A model generated the notes under the pieces. It made no database searches, was not told the origin of the DNA, and worked only from the letters and a program-made list of their open reading frames with translations. The translations under genes and the position numbers were made by a program. Shown here piece after piece: positions 1 through 12,144 of a stretch of DNA of 64,000 bases (positions are counted from its first letter, which is position 1; each line of letters begins with the position of its first letter). The DNA is from Takakia lepidozioides (lineage: Eukaryota; Plantae; Bryophyta), in contig CM060732.1 of assembly GCA_030704615.1 (NCBI GenBank), positions 74,090,001-74,154,000 of the forward strand, in the 5' to 3' direction.

Positions 1-17
1 ATAACTATGAAAAAAAA

Positions 18-3000
18 TTGGAAGAAATCTTGAAGAAGTATGCCACAGAGGCTGCAACACATTGGAGGAAGGGTGTATGGTGTGCAAAGTGCCAGAATGA
101 AGGCCATACCACCACAGAATGCCACATGAAGGAGAAACACTGTACTATCTGTAAAATGGATAACCATTCTACTGAGAATTGTTACTACAACAGAAGGACA
201 GCTGCAAGAGAACCTAGGCAAGTAAGGGTGCATCAGGTGCAGCCCCAGCCAAGAAGAAACAATGATCAGGACCACTATGGTAGGTCTGGTGGTTATAACA
301 ATGGCATGGAAGGGAGAGGTAATTCAAGAGGGAATTACCAAGGAAATTCCAGAGGCAACTATCAGGGTAATCCAAGGGGGAATTACCAGCCCGGGAATCA
401 GGATTATAGAAATAATCCAAGAACAGACCAAGGGCGAGGACCCAATGGTGAAGAGCTATGTTACTATTGTAATCAGCCAGGACATCGCAAGGCAGCCTGT
501 TCATTCTGGATAAGACACCAGAATGAGATGAGAGCTCCTGTGAATGAGGGCCCAGTGGTGGCAGCTCACATGGTTAGGCCATGTGTTGTACCAGAAGTAA
601 GTACAATGATAGTAACAAGAAGTAAAGCCAAACTAATACCTCCAGTAGAAGAGGAAGAAGATGAGACTGGAAGTGGCAATGATATGCCTGAAGATGAAGA
701 GACTTGGAAAGATGAGAAGGAACTGCACAAGGAAGTGGCATACTATAAGGGAAATGCAAAAGAGTACTGATATTCCTGTGGCAGATTCCTCTGATTCGGA
801 TGGAGAAAAAGAAGGGAGTGAGGAAGAAAGGAAAAAAAAGATGCAGACATGCAAAGTAATGAAGAGACTTTGGCTGAGTAATATGTCAGACCAAAGCAGA
901 AATTACCATTGGACAGCTATTAGCTGTGGCACCTTATTGTAGGCACAGGCTGTATCAGCAATCAATCGAATTGCCCAAGAGACAGGAAACACAGACCTGA
1001 ACAGCAAGGTGACCAGTTATAATGTGAAGCCGGAAGGGCGAGAACCAGTCATGGACTTTGATGATTCTATGCCAGTAATCCAATTGAGAATTGGAAGCAC
1101 AGAACTAACTGATGTACTGATAGATGGTGGTTCTGGAGTAAATATCATGACAGACCAATTAAGGAAGAAGCTTGGTCTAAGTAACATGAAACCAGCCCCA
1201 TTTACAGTAACAATGGCAGATCAAAGAAGTGTACAGCCATTGGGATTAATAAGAGGAGTTAAGATACAGATACAGAAAATGATCTTTATGATCACAGTAA
1301 CTGTATTAAAAATGGATGAAGTCATGGAGGCTTACTCCTTATTATTGGGACGTCCGTGGCTGAAACAGGCCAGGGTATTCCATGACTGGAATTCTCAGTT
1401 ACTAACCGTGCATAATGGGATGCACGAGATACAAATTACCACAAAGAAATCTAGTAGATTACCTGCTACAAGAAGACCTCGAGGAGTCAGAGAGTATGAC
1501 TGGAGAGGAGGACTGGATGAGGAGCAGGAAGCTACCCTATTTGCTGCACACCCAGAGTGGGAGCAGGTTGCAGAGATGCGGCTGGAAAGCCTAAGTTGTT
1601 TAAGAGGTATCTGCTGTGGTGTAGTGACAGCAACACCAACTGAAGAGGAAACCAGCATTTACCCATCACATTTCTATGAAGAAAGGAGGAGAGAATAGAA
1701 ATCCTAGAAGAACCAGCCACTGTGAGCTTACAGGATGAAGTGGTGACTGGTTGGACAATCACAGCTGATGAGCAGGTGAGAGAAGTAAATGTGGGAACTC
1801 AGGAGGAACCGAGGATGGTGAAAGTAGGAGCTGATTTGGAGCCGGAATTCTTCGAAGAAGCTAAAAGCTTGTTCATCAAATACAGAGATGTATTTGCTTG
1901 GAGCTATGAGGATCTAAAAGGGATACCACCTGAAGTCTGTCAGCATAAGATTGAACTGGAACCAGGGTCAGTACCAATCAAGCAGGCGAGGTATAGAATG
2001 AATCCCAACTACGCACAGAAGGTTGGAGAAGAGATAAAGAAGTTGGCTGAGGCTAAGTTTATATACCCAATAGAGTATACAACTTGGTTGTCACCCATTG
2101 TTATAGTTCCCAAGAAGAATGGCAAACTAAGAGTATGTGTGAACTATAAGAAGCTGAATGCTTGTACGAAGAAAGATCCTTTCCCTTTGCCATTCACAGA
2201 AGCAGTATTAGACACTGTGGCAGGCCATGAGATGTACTCATTCATGGATGGCTTCAGTGGTTATAATCAAGTGCAAGTGGCAGAAGAAGACCAAGGGAAA
2301 ACAGCTTTCATCACAGACTGGGGGGCTTATGCATACAAAGTCATGCCCTTTGGACTTTGTAATGCACCAGCGACCTTTCAGAGAGTGATAAGTGAATCTT
2401 TTCATGAGTATCTGGATGATTTCATGCAGGTTTTGGATGATTTCAGTGTGTACAGCTCTAAGAATGAGCACTTGCATAAATTGGAGTTATGTTTGGCCAG
2501 ATGCAGGATGAGAGGTCTGGGCCTGAATCCAGAGAAGTGTACTTTCTGTGTGAACTCAGGGGTGCTTCTGGGACACATTGTGTGTAAGAAGGGACTCCTT
2601 GTGGATCCCAGGAAGACAGAGTCCATTAAAGCCTCTCCACCACCAGTGAATGTTAAAGTTAAGATTCCTTGGGCAAACCAGTTATTACAGAAGATTTGTC
2701 AAAAGGTATGCACAAATAGCAGCACCATTGAGCAAGCTTCTGAAGAAAGATGCAGTGTTTGCCTGGACAGCTGAATGTCAACAGGCGTTTGAGGAACTTA
2801 CACTGTCAGTAACAACTACACCTGTGCTGATTAACCCTCACTGGCATGTAGTATTTCATGTTCACTGCGATGCATCAGGAGAAGCGTTGGGAGCGGTGTT
2901 AGCCCAGAATGTTACAGGGAATATAGATTCACCTGTGTACTATGCTAGCCGGTTGATGAACAGTGCTGAGAGGAACTATAGCACAACGGAAAGAGAAGCA

Positions 3001-4640
3001 TTGGCAATGATCTATGCAGTGAAGAAATTCAGGCATTACCTATTGGGAAGAAAGTTTATGTTTTATGTGGATCACCAGGCTCTGATATATCTGGTGAACA
3101 AACCTTTGATAAGTGGAAGGATAGCGAGGTGGTTAATAATCTTGCATGAGTTTGAGTTCGAGGTTATTTACAAGCCTGGCCGTTTGCATCTTGTGGCAGG
3201 ATCATTTGTCACGACTAACAACAGGAGAGGCCGCCACAGGAGTGGACGATCAGTTACCTGATGCGAGTTTATTTGTAATGGAGGTGCAAGGAAGTGCAGA
3301 TGAATGGTTAGATTGGCAGTGGCCAATCAGATACTACCTTGCTCATGGTCAGTGCCCACCTAGTTATGGTAAGGAGCAGAGGAAGAGAATTGCTATCAAA
3401 GCTTTACCTTATACTATGGTAGGAAGCAGAATGTATAAGTTAGGACCTGATGGAGTACTAAAACGATGCTTGTACCACCATGAAGTAAATAAAGTTTTGG
3501 AGGAAGTTCATAAAGGAGTGGCTGGAGGTCATTTTGGAGAAGAGACTACCAGTAGAAAGATACTACTCGCAGGATACTGGTGGCCTACTTTGTTCAAAGA
3601 TGTACATGAGTATTGTCAGAAGTGTGATGAATGTCAGAGGCTAGGACCTTTGCAGAGATCTGGAAGGATGGCCTTGCATCCTACAATGCCTACGGAACCA
3701 TTTCAGAAATGGGGACTAGACTTTGTTGGACCAATTAATCCACCATCCAAGAATACACGAAACAGGTACATAATTACAGCCACTGATTATACTACAAAGT
3801 GGGTGGAAGCTAAAGCTTTGAGGGACAACACAGCCAAGTCCACAGCAAGGTTCCTGTACGAGAACATACTTACACGATTTGGCTGTCCCTTAGAATTTAT
3901 CAGTGATCAAGGAAGTCACTTCATGAATGAGACCATTGAGTTGTTGACTAAAGAGTTTATGATTGTGCATAGAAAGAGTACAACATATTATTACCCACAG
4001 GTAATGGGCAGGCAGAGGCTACCAACAAAATACTATGTACTATCTTGGCTAAGATAGTCAATGCAAACAGAACGGATTGGGATACAAAGCTGCTGACAGC
4101 TTTGTGGTCATACAGGACTTCATATAAAGTCACCACTAAGTATACACCATTCCAATTAGTTTTATGGTATGGAAGCCTTACTTCCAGTGGAATTCCTGTT
4201 ACCTACCATGAGAACGGAGTGGGGAAAAAGAATGGAATTGCAAGACTCCATCAAGGTCAGGAAACATGAATTATACCATGTGGAAGAAGTACGTGCTGAT
4301 GCAGCTGATAATATGACCAGAATTCAGATGAAGCGAAAGGAACAGTTTGATGAAGGCAAGTTAAAGACTTTTAAGACGGGGGATTTGGTTCTATGGTTGC
4401 AGAAGAAAGGAAAGATTCAAGCTTCTAAGCTTAAATCACCATGGAAAGGACCTTATGTCATACAAAAGATGTATGATAACAACACCGCCATGTTACAAAA
4501 CCATTAACAAAGAAATGCTGGGAAGAGTCAATGCAATAAGTTGAAGGGGTACAGTGGTATCCATGACAAACCCCTGCAGCATGATTTGCATGTTGAACCG
4601 CAAGAGCAGTCACGGGCTGCACCAGTGTTACGAACGGAGT
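18..4640 (+). pseudogene. gag-pol polyprotein of copy 1, broken by frameshifts
   Basis: CCHC knuckles (18..770). Protease VLIDGGSGVNI (1009..1698). RT KKDPFPLPF..FMDGFSGYNQ..LDDF (1722..2774). RNase H HCDASGEALGAVL..NYSTTERE (2650..3261). Integrase HHCC plus WGLDFVGP/ISDQGSHF and KSPWKGPY (3146..4507). Confidence 0.93.
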
Positions 4641-4695
4641 ATGGAACACTTGTCGCTAGGCCCAGCATATATGACCAGGGTGGGCAAACAAACGT

Positions 4696-4892
4696 GACAC
4701 AGCCTATCACAGTCACAGCCTATCACAGCCCGTCACGACGTGACACTTAGCACAGCCCAGCACGGCGCAACACAGCCTATCACAACCTACCACAGCGTGT
4801 CACAGCCTATCACAGCTTACCACAGTGCATCACAGCCTATCACAGCGTAACACAGTATGACACAGCCTGTCACAGCTCAACACAGCCTACTA
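4696..4892 (+). repeat. ACAGCC(TATC)-type short tandem repeat tract between pol and the 3' extra ORF
   Basis: Repeated acagcctatc/acagc units; mirrored in copy 2 at about 16395-16562. Confidence 0.85.
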
Positions 4893-5262
4893 AAGTTACA
4901 CGATCCATAGAATCAGTGACAAGTGGACACATAATAACTTCAGGAAAATGGCGGAAGAGAAACGGAAATTACTTTAAAAATAGACACGTGGAGGTCAGGG
5001 CGCGACACACAGCAGAGAATGAAGTGCAAGGACAGGTGTCAAAAAGAAAGAGACAAGAACGGCCGTCAAAAGGGATGAAAGGCGGGCCCATTAATGAATA
5101 CGGAAAAAGGGAAACGGAACGAACGGCAAGTACAGAAAAGCCGAATTCTTGTCACATGTGTGATCCTAGTGGACTATCCAACAGGGAAAGTCCACTAAAG
5201 AATAAATTAAAATCCAGTCACAGCGGATACAGCCAATAGAAAACCAGAGAAAGATCAAGAAA

Positions 5263-8200
5263 ATGGAGGAAATTGAGCGCAAGAGCGGCGTCGTTCTGAG
5301 TAACGGGCGTCTCGACAGGACAGGCCATAAATGCTATAACTTGGAAACTATGGAGGAACTAACAGACTATACGCTCGCAATATTACTTACGCAGTGGCAT
5401 AGACACGAAAGGACAGAGCAGAGCTTTTCTCTTGAGCATGCTTGCAAGCCCCGCAGGCTTACAAGAAATTACCATAGCTTTCTGCGGCAACCATACGTTT
5501 ATGCTTTGTGCACTACAGGCATTCCTGCAGTTGTTACAGCCAAAGCAGTTCTGTGAGTCTAAAATGAAGAGAGTGAGAGGAATGGAGGAAATCAGGGTGA
5601 AGAGCACCACAATTCTGCAGAAACAAACGATGGCTACCCCACAGGCGATAAAGATACTGGAGGAGCTGAGATTGGAAGGATTGCAAAGCCTGGATTGGAC
5701 ACTACACCATAGACAGTACATGTTACAATTTTTGCAGAACTTTGAGCCAAGGACAGGAACAACAACGGTGAAGGGTTTGAATTAATGATTACTCCCCTAT
5801 ACCTCCAGCAATTGTTTCGATTGCCAGCAGGTCAGGTGCATGTGGAGGAACACAGGGCAAGACTGCAAATAGGGGACTTATTCCAAGAAGGGAGTTTCTT
5901 TAAAACTCAGGGTTATGCTTGTACCAAAGCTGTGTACCCAGGGTTAAAAGAGATAGGCCAGGTATTGAACGTTCTGATTGCCCTGAAACAGAACCAACAA
6001 TATTTGAGCAGATCCTTCACAGAGGAAATACTCAAAGGCCTGAAGGGACAAGAGGTACAATGGGCGGACATAATGTACAACGCACTGGTAGAGGAGATGA
6101 AAAGATTACAAGGTACTACCGCAAAGTCTCCTATCATAGTGTCTGGCCCAATCATTGCTCAAATAATCCTTATTCTGGCATACTTAATGCACAAGAAAGG
6201 AAGGAAATGGGAGTGTTTGAGCCAGAAACAACTGCAATGGAAGAGCAAGGCTCTTCACACAGTGAGGGTGGACTAGCAGGCAACCCGAGACTAAGAGGCA
6301 GAGAAGGGGAAAGACTGTAGTGGCGGATCCACTGGCTTCACGGATTCCGCATGATAATGTTTCCCAAGCTCATGGCCAGGAAGGGGCACAGCAGCACAGA
6401 GAATGCTATTACTGGAAGCAGGACCTTCAGAGAGGGAGGAGGAAGTTACTTCTGCATCACAACCAACACAGCCACTTGAACGACTTGTCACAAGGTCACA
6501 AGTTATCCATGCAGCTCAACCCGAAATAATTGATTTGGAAAGTGAAGGGATAGATATTCCAACTACAGAACAGATAGTGGCAGAAATAGAGAAAGGGGAC
6601 CTTCTCTATGAATATTCTGGTCTGGTCAAGGAGACAGAAATCCCAGAGGTGCAACAGTTGCCCAAGGGAAATCCTGAGGTGCATATAATACACACACCTG
6701 TGTCGGAGGTACCACAGGCGGAAGGTCATGACACTGTAGCACCGGTGATAGATGAAGTAGTTCAGGAAGAAAATCCGGTGGGACAATGGCCTGAATGGTT
6801 AGTGAGACATCATACTGTTGAAGATCAGGAGGAACAGCAGCAACCTCACCATGATGACCCTCAACAGGCAATGCTGATGAGTTCCATAGGCAGGACACTT
6901 AATTTGTTGGGGACTTATGTCAAATCCCATGTTCCAATTACCCAATTGACAGCCTTGAAAGAGAACTCAGGAAGGAGTTTGAGGCTCGACTTGCCACTGA
7001 GTGTGCAAACAAGGTCGATGAAGGGTCACTCTCAAGATGAAGCAGGACTTGGGAATACAGAAATGGCTTTGCAATTGGCCAAGCAACAATTGATTGAGGC
7101 AGGCCTCGCGCAAGACCAGTTGCACGAAGCACATAAGCAACAGCTATACCAAATGCAGGTGCAGCATGAAAGCAAGTTGCAAGAACTGAATGCACTACAT
7201 ACGGAGTTGCAGACAGTGCATAACAGGATGGCGATACAATGTGCTACATTTACAACTATGCTTGACCAATCACAAAAGAAATAAACAGTCAAGCGGAAAA
7301 ATGTACGAAGGCAGAAGAAGAGAATGTTGAGCAAATGAAGCTCATTGTCGATATGAAGAATACAATCTGTCGCAATGAAGATACTTTCAAGCAATACAGG
7401 CAGATGAAGCTGATCAAGAGAAACACATCGTGGAGTTGCAACAAACCATCATGGCCAATAGAAATGAAATCGCGGTCAGTAACAAGGCTTGAAGGAAGCC
7501 AATAATCTACTTGCTGCCTATGCGCAATTGGTTGAGCCACAGGCGAAGCGCATGGAGGCTTTACAACAGCAGTTGGAATTGTACAAGCTAAGAGAGGAGC
7601 AAACTCTCAGGGGAACCACAAGCAGCTTGGTGGATAACAGCCTTATGCAGGTCTGGTTAGCACAAGGGCCAGTAGAGGGCAAAGCCCACGGAAGCTCACC
7701 CAAAGCGAGATGAATGAGCTCAGACTGCAGGTGCAGAACATTGCCACAACTACTATAGACAATGTCTATAGTAGGATAGCAGAGTTACAAGAGGATGTAG
7801 ACGGACTCCAGACTCAAGTGGAAGACCTCACTTCAAACATCGACCAAAGAGTCTATATCCCTCAGGAACAGCTAATGGCTTCTTATTTACAAGCCAGAAC
7901 TTTGGCTTTTCAGTCTTCACAGGAGGTGCAGGAGATGCCAATGATACAGGAGCCAGTACCACCACCACCACAACAGGTCAGTGTACCAGTAGCTGAACCT
8001 GTGGTTACTACAACCACACCACAGCCACCACAGCCGGAGGTATGGGGCAATGCCGCTTTTAACCCACCTAAAACTCCAGCTGCAAGGGAGTACAGTAGGG
8101 CTATGATTATGCCCTTCAACCAAATTCCCATCATGTTGGATTTGGCTTGGAAAGAATTTAGTCCTCCGCAGTCATTCGCACATTACTACCAAATCATGCG

Positions 8201-9119
8201 TATTTGGCTGCCAGTGGCAACTAGGACTAAAGTTCTTCCAACAATCGACATATTGAAGATCATCACTTTGCACAATACTGGCACGAGGCAGGTACCATGT
8301 TGAGGGAATTGGTTGCTTTCCAGGTTGTACATGGACTCATTTATACCAAGACCAAGGAGATAGCAAGTATTGTCATGGGGTGCGGGCTATACTACGCTGC
8401 TTGTTTTCTGGTACGTTACCACATTGAGCAACAAAAGATGCAAACACGCTTTCAAAGTTATTCCAGTGGAGATCATTGGGTATTACCTTCGGTGCCACCT
8501 CATATGTACCTATATGACCCAAAAGTTATGATGCAAAGGATTCTCAAATTCGTTCATGGTTTCAAGCAGCCTGCAACCATTTGTCAACACAGAAATTCGG
8601 ACTTGATGACATTTTCTATAAGGGACATGGCATGGAAATACTTGCACGCTGCACCAGTAATTGGTACCCCACTCACTGGACAGACAAGGAGCTCAGTGTC
8701 TACACCAATTTTGCTGTTCAGCGGTTACACCAAGTTGTAAAATACAAACTTCCAGACATGGTAGGACAGCATTGTATGCCCCAGATGATTCCACAAAAAG
8801 TTCGAAAATTAAAACACCTGAGAGGCGATGAGGATTCTGATACAACTGTTTCTTCACAGAATTCTTTTGACATGGGAGAAGACTATGCAATTCAGATGGA
8901 AGAGAAGAAAAAAGGGGGTCTCCTATGCCGGAAAGATTACCTCGATATCAGCCTCCAGAGGCCTCACTTATCCAGGTAGTGATCAACCATCTCCATCAAC
9001 CAGAGACAGACCTCGGGCTCGTACACACAGTCCGCCCACGAAACTCTCAACGTCAACAAGGTGCTCACTCACAAGGTTTGCTACTCGAAACAGTAAACCG
9101 TGAGGACACGGCTTTTTGA
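5263..9119 (+). pseudogene. Long 3' extra ORF of copy 1 (env-position accessory protein, roughly 1200 aa if frames are joined)
   Basis: Consecutive overlapping ORFs from 5263 to 9119, conserved in copy 2. Contains an FLQNF..TTVKG.ELEITP..LF.LP.G segment resembling plant retrotransposon accessory domains, and a long Q/E-rich coiled coil. Confidence 0.8.
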
Positions 9120-9133
9120 GGGGGAAGGGGTAA
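9114..9133 (+). promoter_or_regulatory. Polypurine tract of copy 1
   Basis: TTTTTGAGGGGGAAGGGGTAA immediately before the LTR start TGTTAG. Confidence 0.9.
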
Positions 9134-10007
9134 TGTTAGAGGACTGTAGGGGACTTAGACACTTATACGGGATCTGTAGGGTACCCTTAATTTTTGCACA
9201 GACTGAGACCAACAGGAGCCTTAGGGGTGACAGCAGCGCACTGTAGAGGGGGGTTACACAGCACAGCACAGCCCACACAGCCGCCCGTCACAGTCGTCAC
9301 AGCCCACACAGCCCACAACAGCCCACACAGCCAACACAGCCCGTCACAGAGCCACACAGTACAGTCACAGCCACAGACAGGCCCACACAGCCTTCACAGC
9401 CCGACACAGTCACCGCTTGACACAGCTGTCACGATAATAGGGAACGACTGTGGGAAACACACCTGTGAAGGGAACATGTTAGTTCACAACGACGGTTAGA
9501 GAGGGAAACGGTTAGAACCGCGGATAGGAGATAAAGGGAGAAGGGGGATGAAGGGATCATCATTCGGAGGAGACTTCTCAGGGGAGCGGATGGAGAGCAC
9601 GGTGAAGGAGGAAAGGATTAGTAGATGCTTGTTATATGCAAAGCTGTAGTGATATTGTAGAGCAGATTAGAGACACAATGGCTTCGGCCTGATACCTGAT
9701 AAATCATAATCTGATACTTATACGATACAATCACACTGTGTAGAGAGATCTGAGTGAAGCTGTGGATTGAATGGATGAGTGAAAAACCGATAGATTGATG
9801 AAGCAAACTGATACTTAATTATCAATGGTAAGGTAGCTAAGATGAATGCGAAAAGGGAAACAAATAGGAAACACCCCCATGATACACTAGCTGTAGGTCA
9901 TGACTGATTGTTCTGCGCGGGCTGAGTACTTAGAGATTTCCAACTCTTCTATCTTGGAGTTTCCGCCTCGGATAGCGAAGGGATGGGTGAGTAAAAGCCG
10001 CGCGACA
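9134..10007 (+). repeat. 3' LTR of copy 1 (874 bp)
   Basis: TGTTAGAGG...GCCGCGCGACA; ends homologous to the copy 2 LTRs; internal acagcc tract. Confidence 0.92.
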
Positions 10008-10984
10008 CGGCTTTCCAGTAGTCCTCAGTAAACCTGTTCCAGGTGGGCACACCATCCAGGCCCTCCAGCAGCTCCCATCTGGAATTTCGAGAGAATCATG
10101 TTGCAAGCTCTCTCCACCTCAACCCCCCCCCCCCCCCCCCCCCCCAAGTCTCTTGCATCTGTGCTCACAGCCGTGAAGAATTCCATCATGGCTTCAAACT
10201 AGGGGTGTCTTTAGGCTCTGTACCGGCAGCCCTCTTCTTGGCTTTCCCCTTCTGCTTCGCCAAATACTTGCTATGTGCCACCTTCTTCGCCCTGGCAGTG
10301 AGAGCGTCAAGGAAGCTCTCATTGACGCATTGGATGATGGTTGGAGGTTCTAGCTTTGGCCTGTGCGTAAACGTCACCGCCGAATACCGCCGTGTAGGCT
10401 CGCCCTCAAATGCCATCTTCTTGGCAGAGCCAGTCCTACTCCGAACTGACTTGGGAACCCGGACGACCGGTGACTGGGTAGCAGCAACAGCAATCACAGG
10501 ACCTTGAACAAAGTCGTCGTCCGAGTCACTCTGGTCCCTCCTGCGCCTGCTCCGATGCCCGATGGTTTTCTTTTTTTGGGTGTTACTGCACTCACCTATT
10601 TCCTTGTCCTTTTCCTTTGGCCTTTACTCTCCTCATTCAATTTCTCCTGAATTCCTGCCTGAGCAAGCTCTGTCGTTTTCCTGGAGTTCGCAAGTGCTTT
10701 TGCCTCTTTTGCAACGGAGGCAGCCCGGTTTCGTCGGGCCTCAGCATCCAGCTTCAATTGAAACTCGGATGGGTCGAGCATGACGGGCGGAAGGTCCACA
10801 TACCAAGGGCAATCACGCAATTGTTCCATATGCCACTTCTTCACAATATCGTCAGTGTACATGGAGTCAGCCCCAGGGTTCCTCATGCCAGAAGAATGGT
10901 GGCCGAAAGACAGATGACCTTTCTCCAAAAGGGAGAACTTGCAGTACCTGATTCATGAAAAACCAATGAGTCCCTGAACTGCAA

Positions 10985-11215
10985 ATCGGCACCATTTTCC
11001 CAAGTTGGGGCGGATCTGAGTGGGCCTAGAAATGGAAAAATGGCGCCGATTTCGGGTTTCGGTGACTGCCACCCTAGGGACTTAGCCATCTTGGGAGCCT
11101 GAACTGGAAATCGGCGCCATTTTCCCGGTCTGGCCCGAAGATGGCTAAGTCTCAGAACGGCAATAGGGCCTAGAAATGGAAAAATGGCGCCGAATTTCCA
11201 GTTCAGGGCCAGCCA
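10985..11215. repeat. Palindrome-motif tandem array 1, left part (split by the gypsy insertion)
   Basis: Units containing ggaaatcggcgccattttcc and ggaaaaatggcgccgaatttcc; continues in register at 24266. Confidence 0.9.
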
Positions 11216-12121
11216 TGTCGCGCGGCTCTTACTCACCCATCCTTCGCTATCCGAGGTGGGAACTCCAAGATAGAAGAGTTTGGAAATCTCTAAGCACTCA
11301 GCCCGCTCAGAACAATCAGTCATGACCTACAGCGAGTGTATCATGGGGGTGTTTCCTATTTGTACTCCTTCCCACATTCATGTTAGCGAGTTACCTTACT
11401 ATCTGCAATTAAGTATCAGTTTGCTTCAGAATTCTATCAAGTTCCATCCATCATTCCACAGCTTCACTCAGGTCTCTCTACACAGTGTGGAGTATGAAGT
11501 ATGTATCAGATTAATATCTATCAGTATCAGGCTGAAGCCATGGTGTCTCTAATCTACTCTACATTACAATTCTACAGCTTGCATTCATCAAGTAACAACA
11601 GATCGTCACTTTCTCTACTGCGTGCTCTTCATCTTTCTACTCAGAGATGCTCTCTCCGCTTCATTCCCCCCAGTGATGTCCGAAGTCTCCCAGAGCAATC
11701 CTCTTCCCCCAGAAGTGATCCCCCTCGATGTCCCCGCTTCCCCCTTTATCTCTTTACTAGCCGTTCTAACCGCTTTCCTAGCTAACCGTTCTCTTTGTAG
11801 TACACGTTCCTTTTTCCGATGTCGTTCCCCCACTGTTGTTCCCTGCCAATGTAACTATTCCCGCTGTGCGCTGTGACTGGCTGTACAGGCTGTGGGACTG
11901 TGTAGGCTGTGCGACTGTGGCGCTGTGTCGGGCTGTGACGGCTGTGTGGACTGTATCGACTGTGTCGGCTGTGTCGGCTGTGTTAAGCTGTGACTGGCTG
12001 TGTGACTGTGACGGCTATGACTGGTCTATGTAAAAATAAGGGGTGAACCCATAAAAAATGTCTAAGTCCCAGACCCCACAGAACTCATAAAAGTGCCTAA
12101 GTCCTTGGCAGTCCTCTAACA
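11216..12121 (-). repeat. 3' LTR of copy 2 (906 bp)
   Basis: Near-identical to 23265-24265; PPT adjacent at 12122-12144. Confidence 0.95.
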
Positions 12122-12144
12122 TTACCCCTTCCCCTCTCAAAAAG
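12122..12144 (-). promoter_or_regulatory. Polypurine tract of copy 2
   Basis: Minus strand CTTTTTGAGAGGGGAAGGGGTAA abutting the 3' LTR. Confidence 0.9.

Larger units (their letters stand above)
1..10007 (+). mobile_element. Ty3/gypsy LTR retrotransposon copy 1 (non-chromovirus, Athila/Phygy/Selgy-like), left end outside the window
   Basis: Order gag-PR-RT-RH-INT, then a long extra ORF region, PPT and a 3' LTR ending CGCGACA at 10007. No chromodomain or archaeal-type RNase H seen. Confidence 0.95.
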
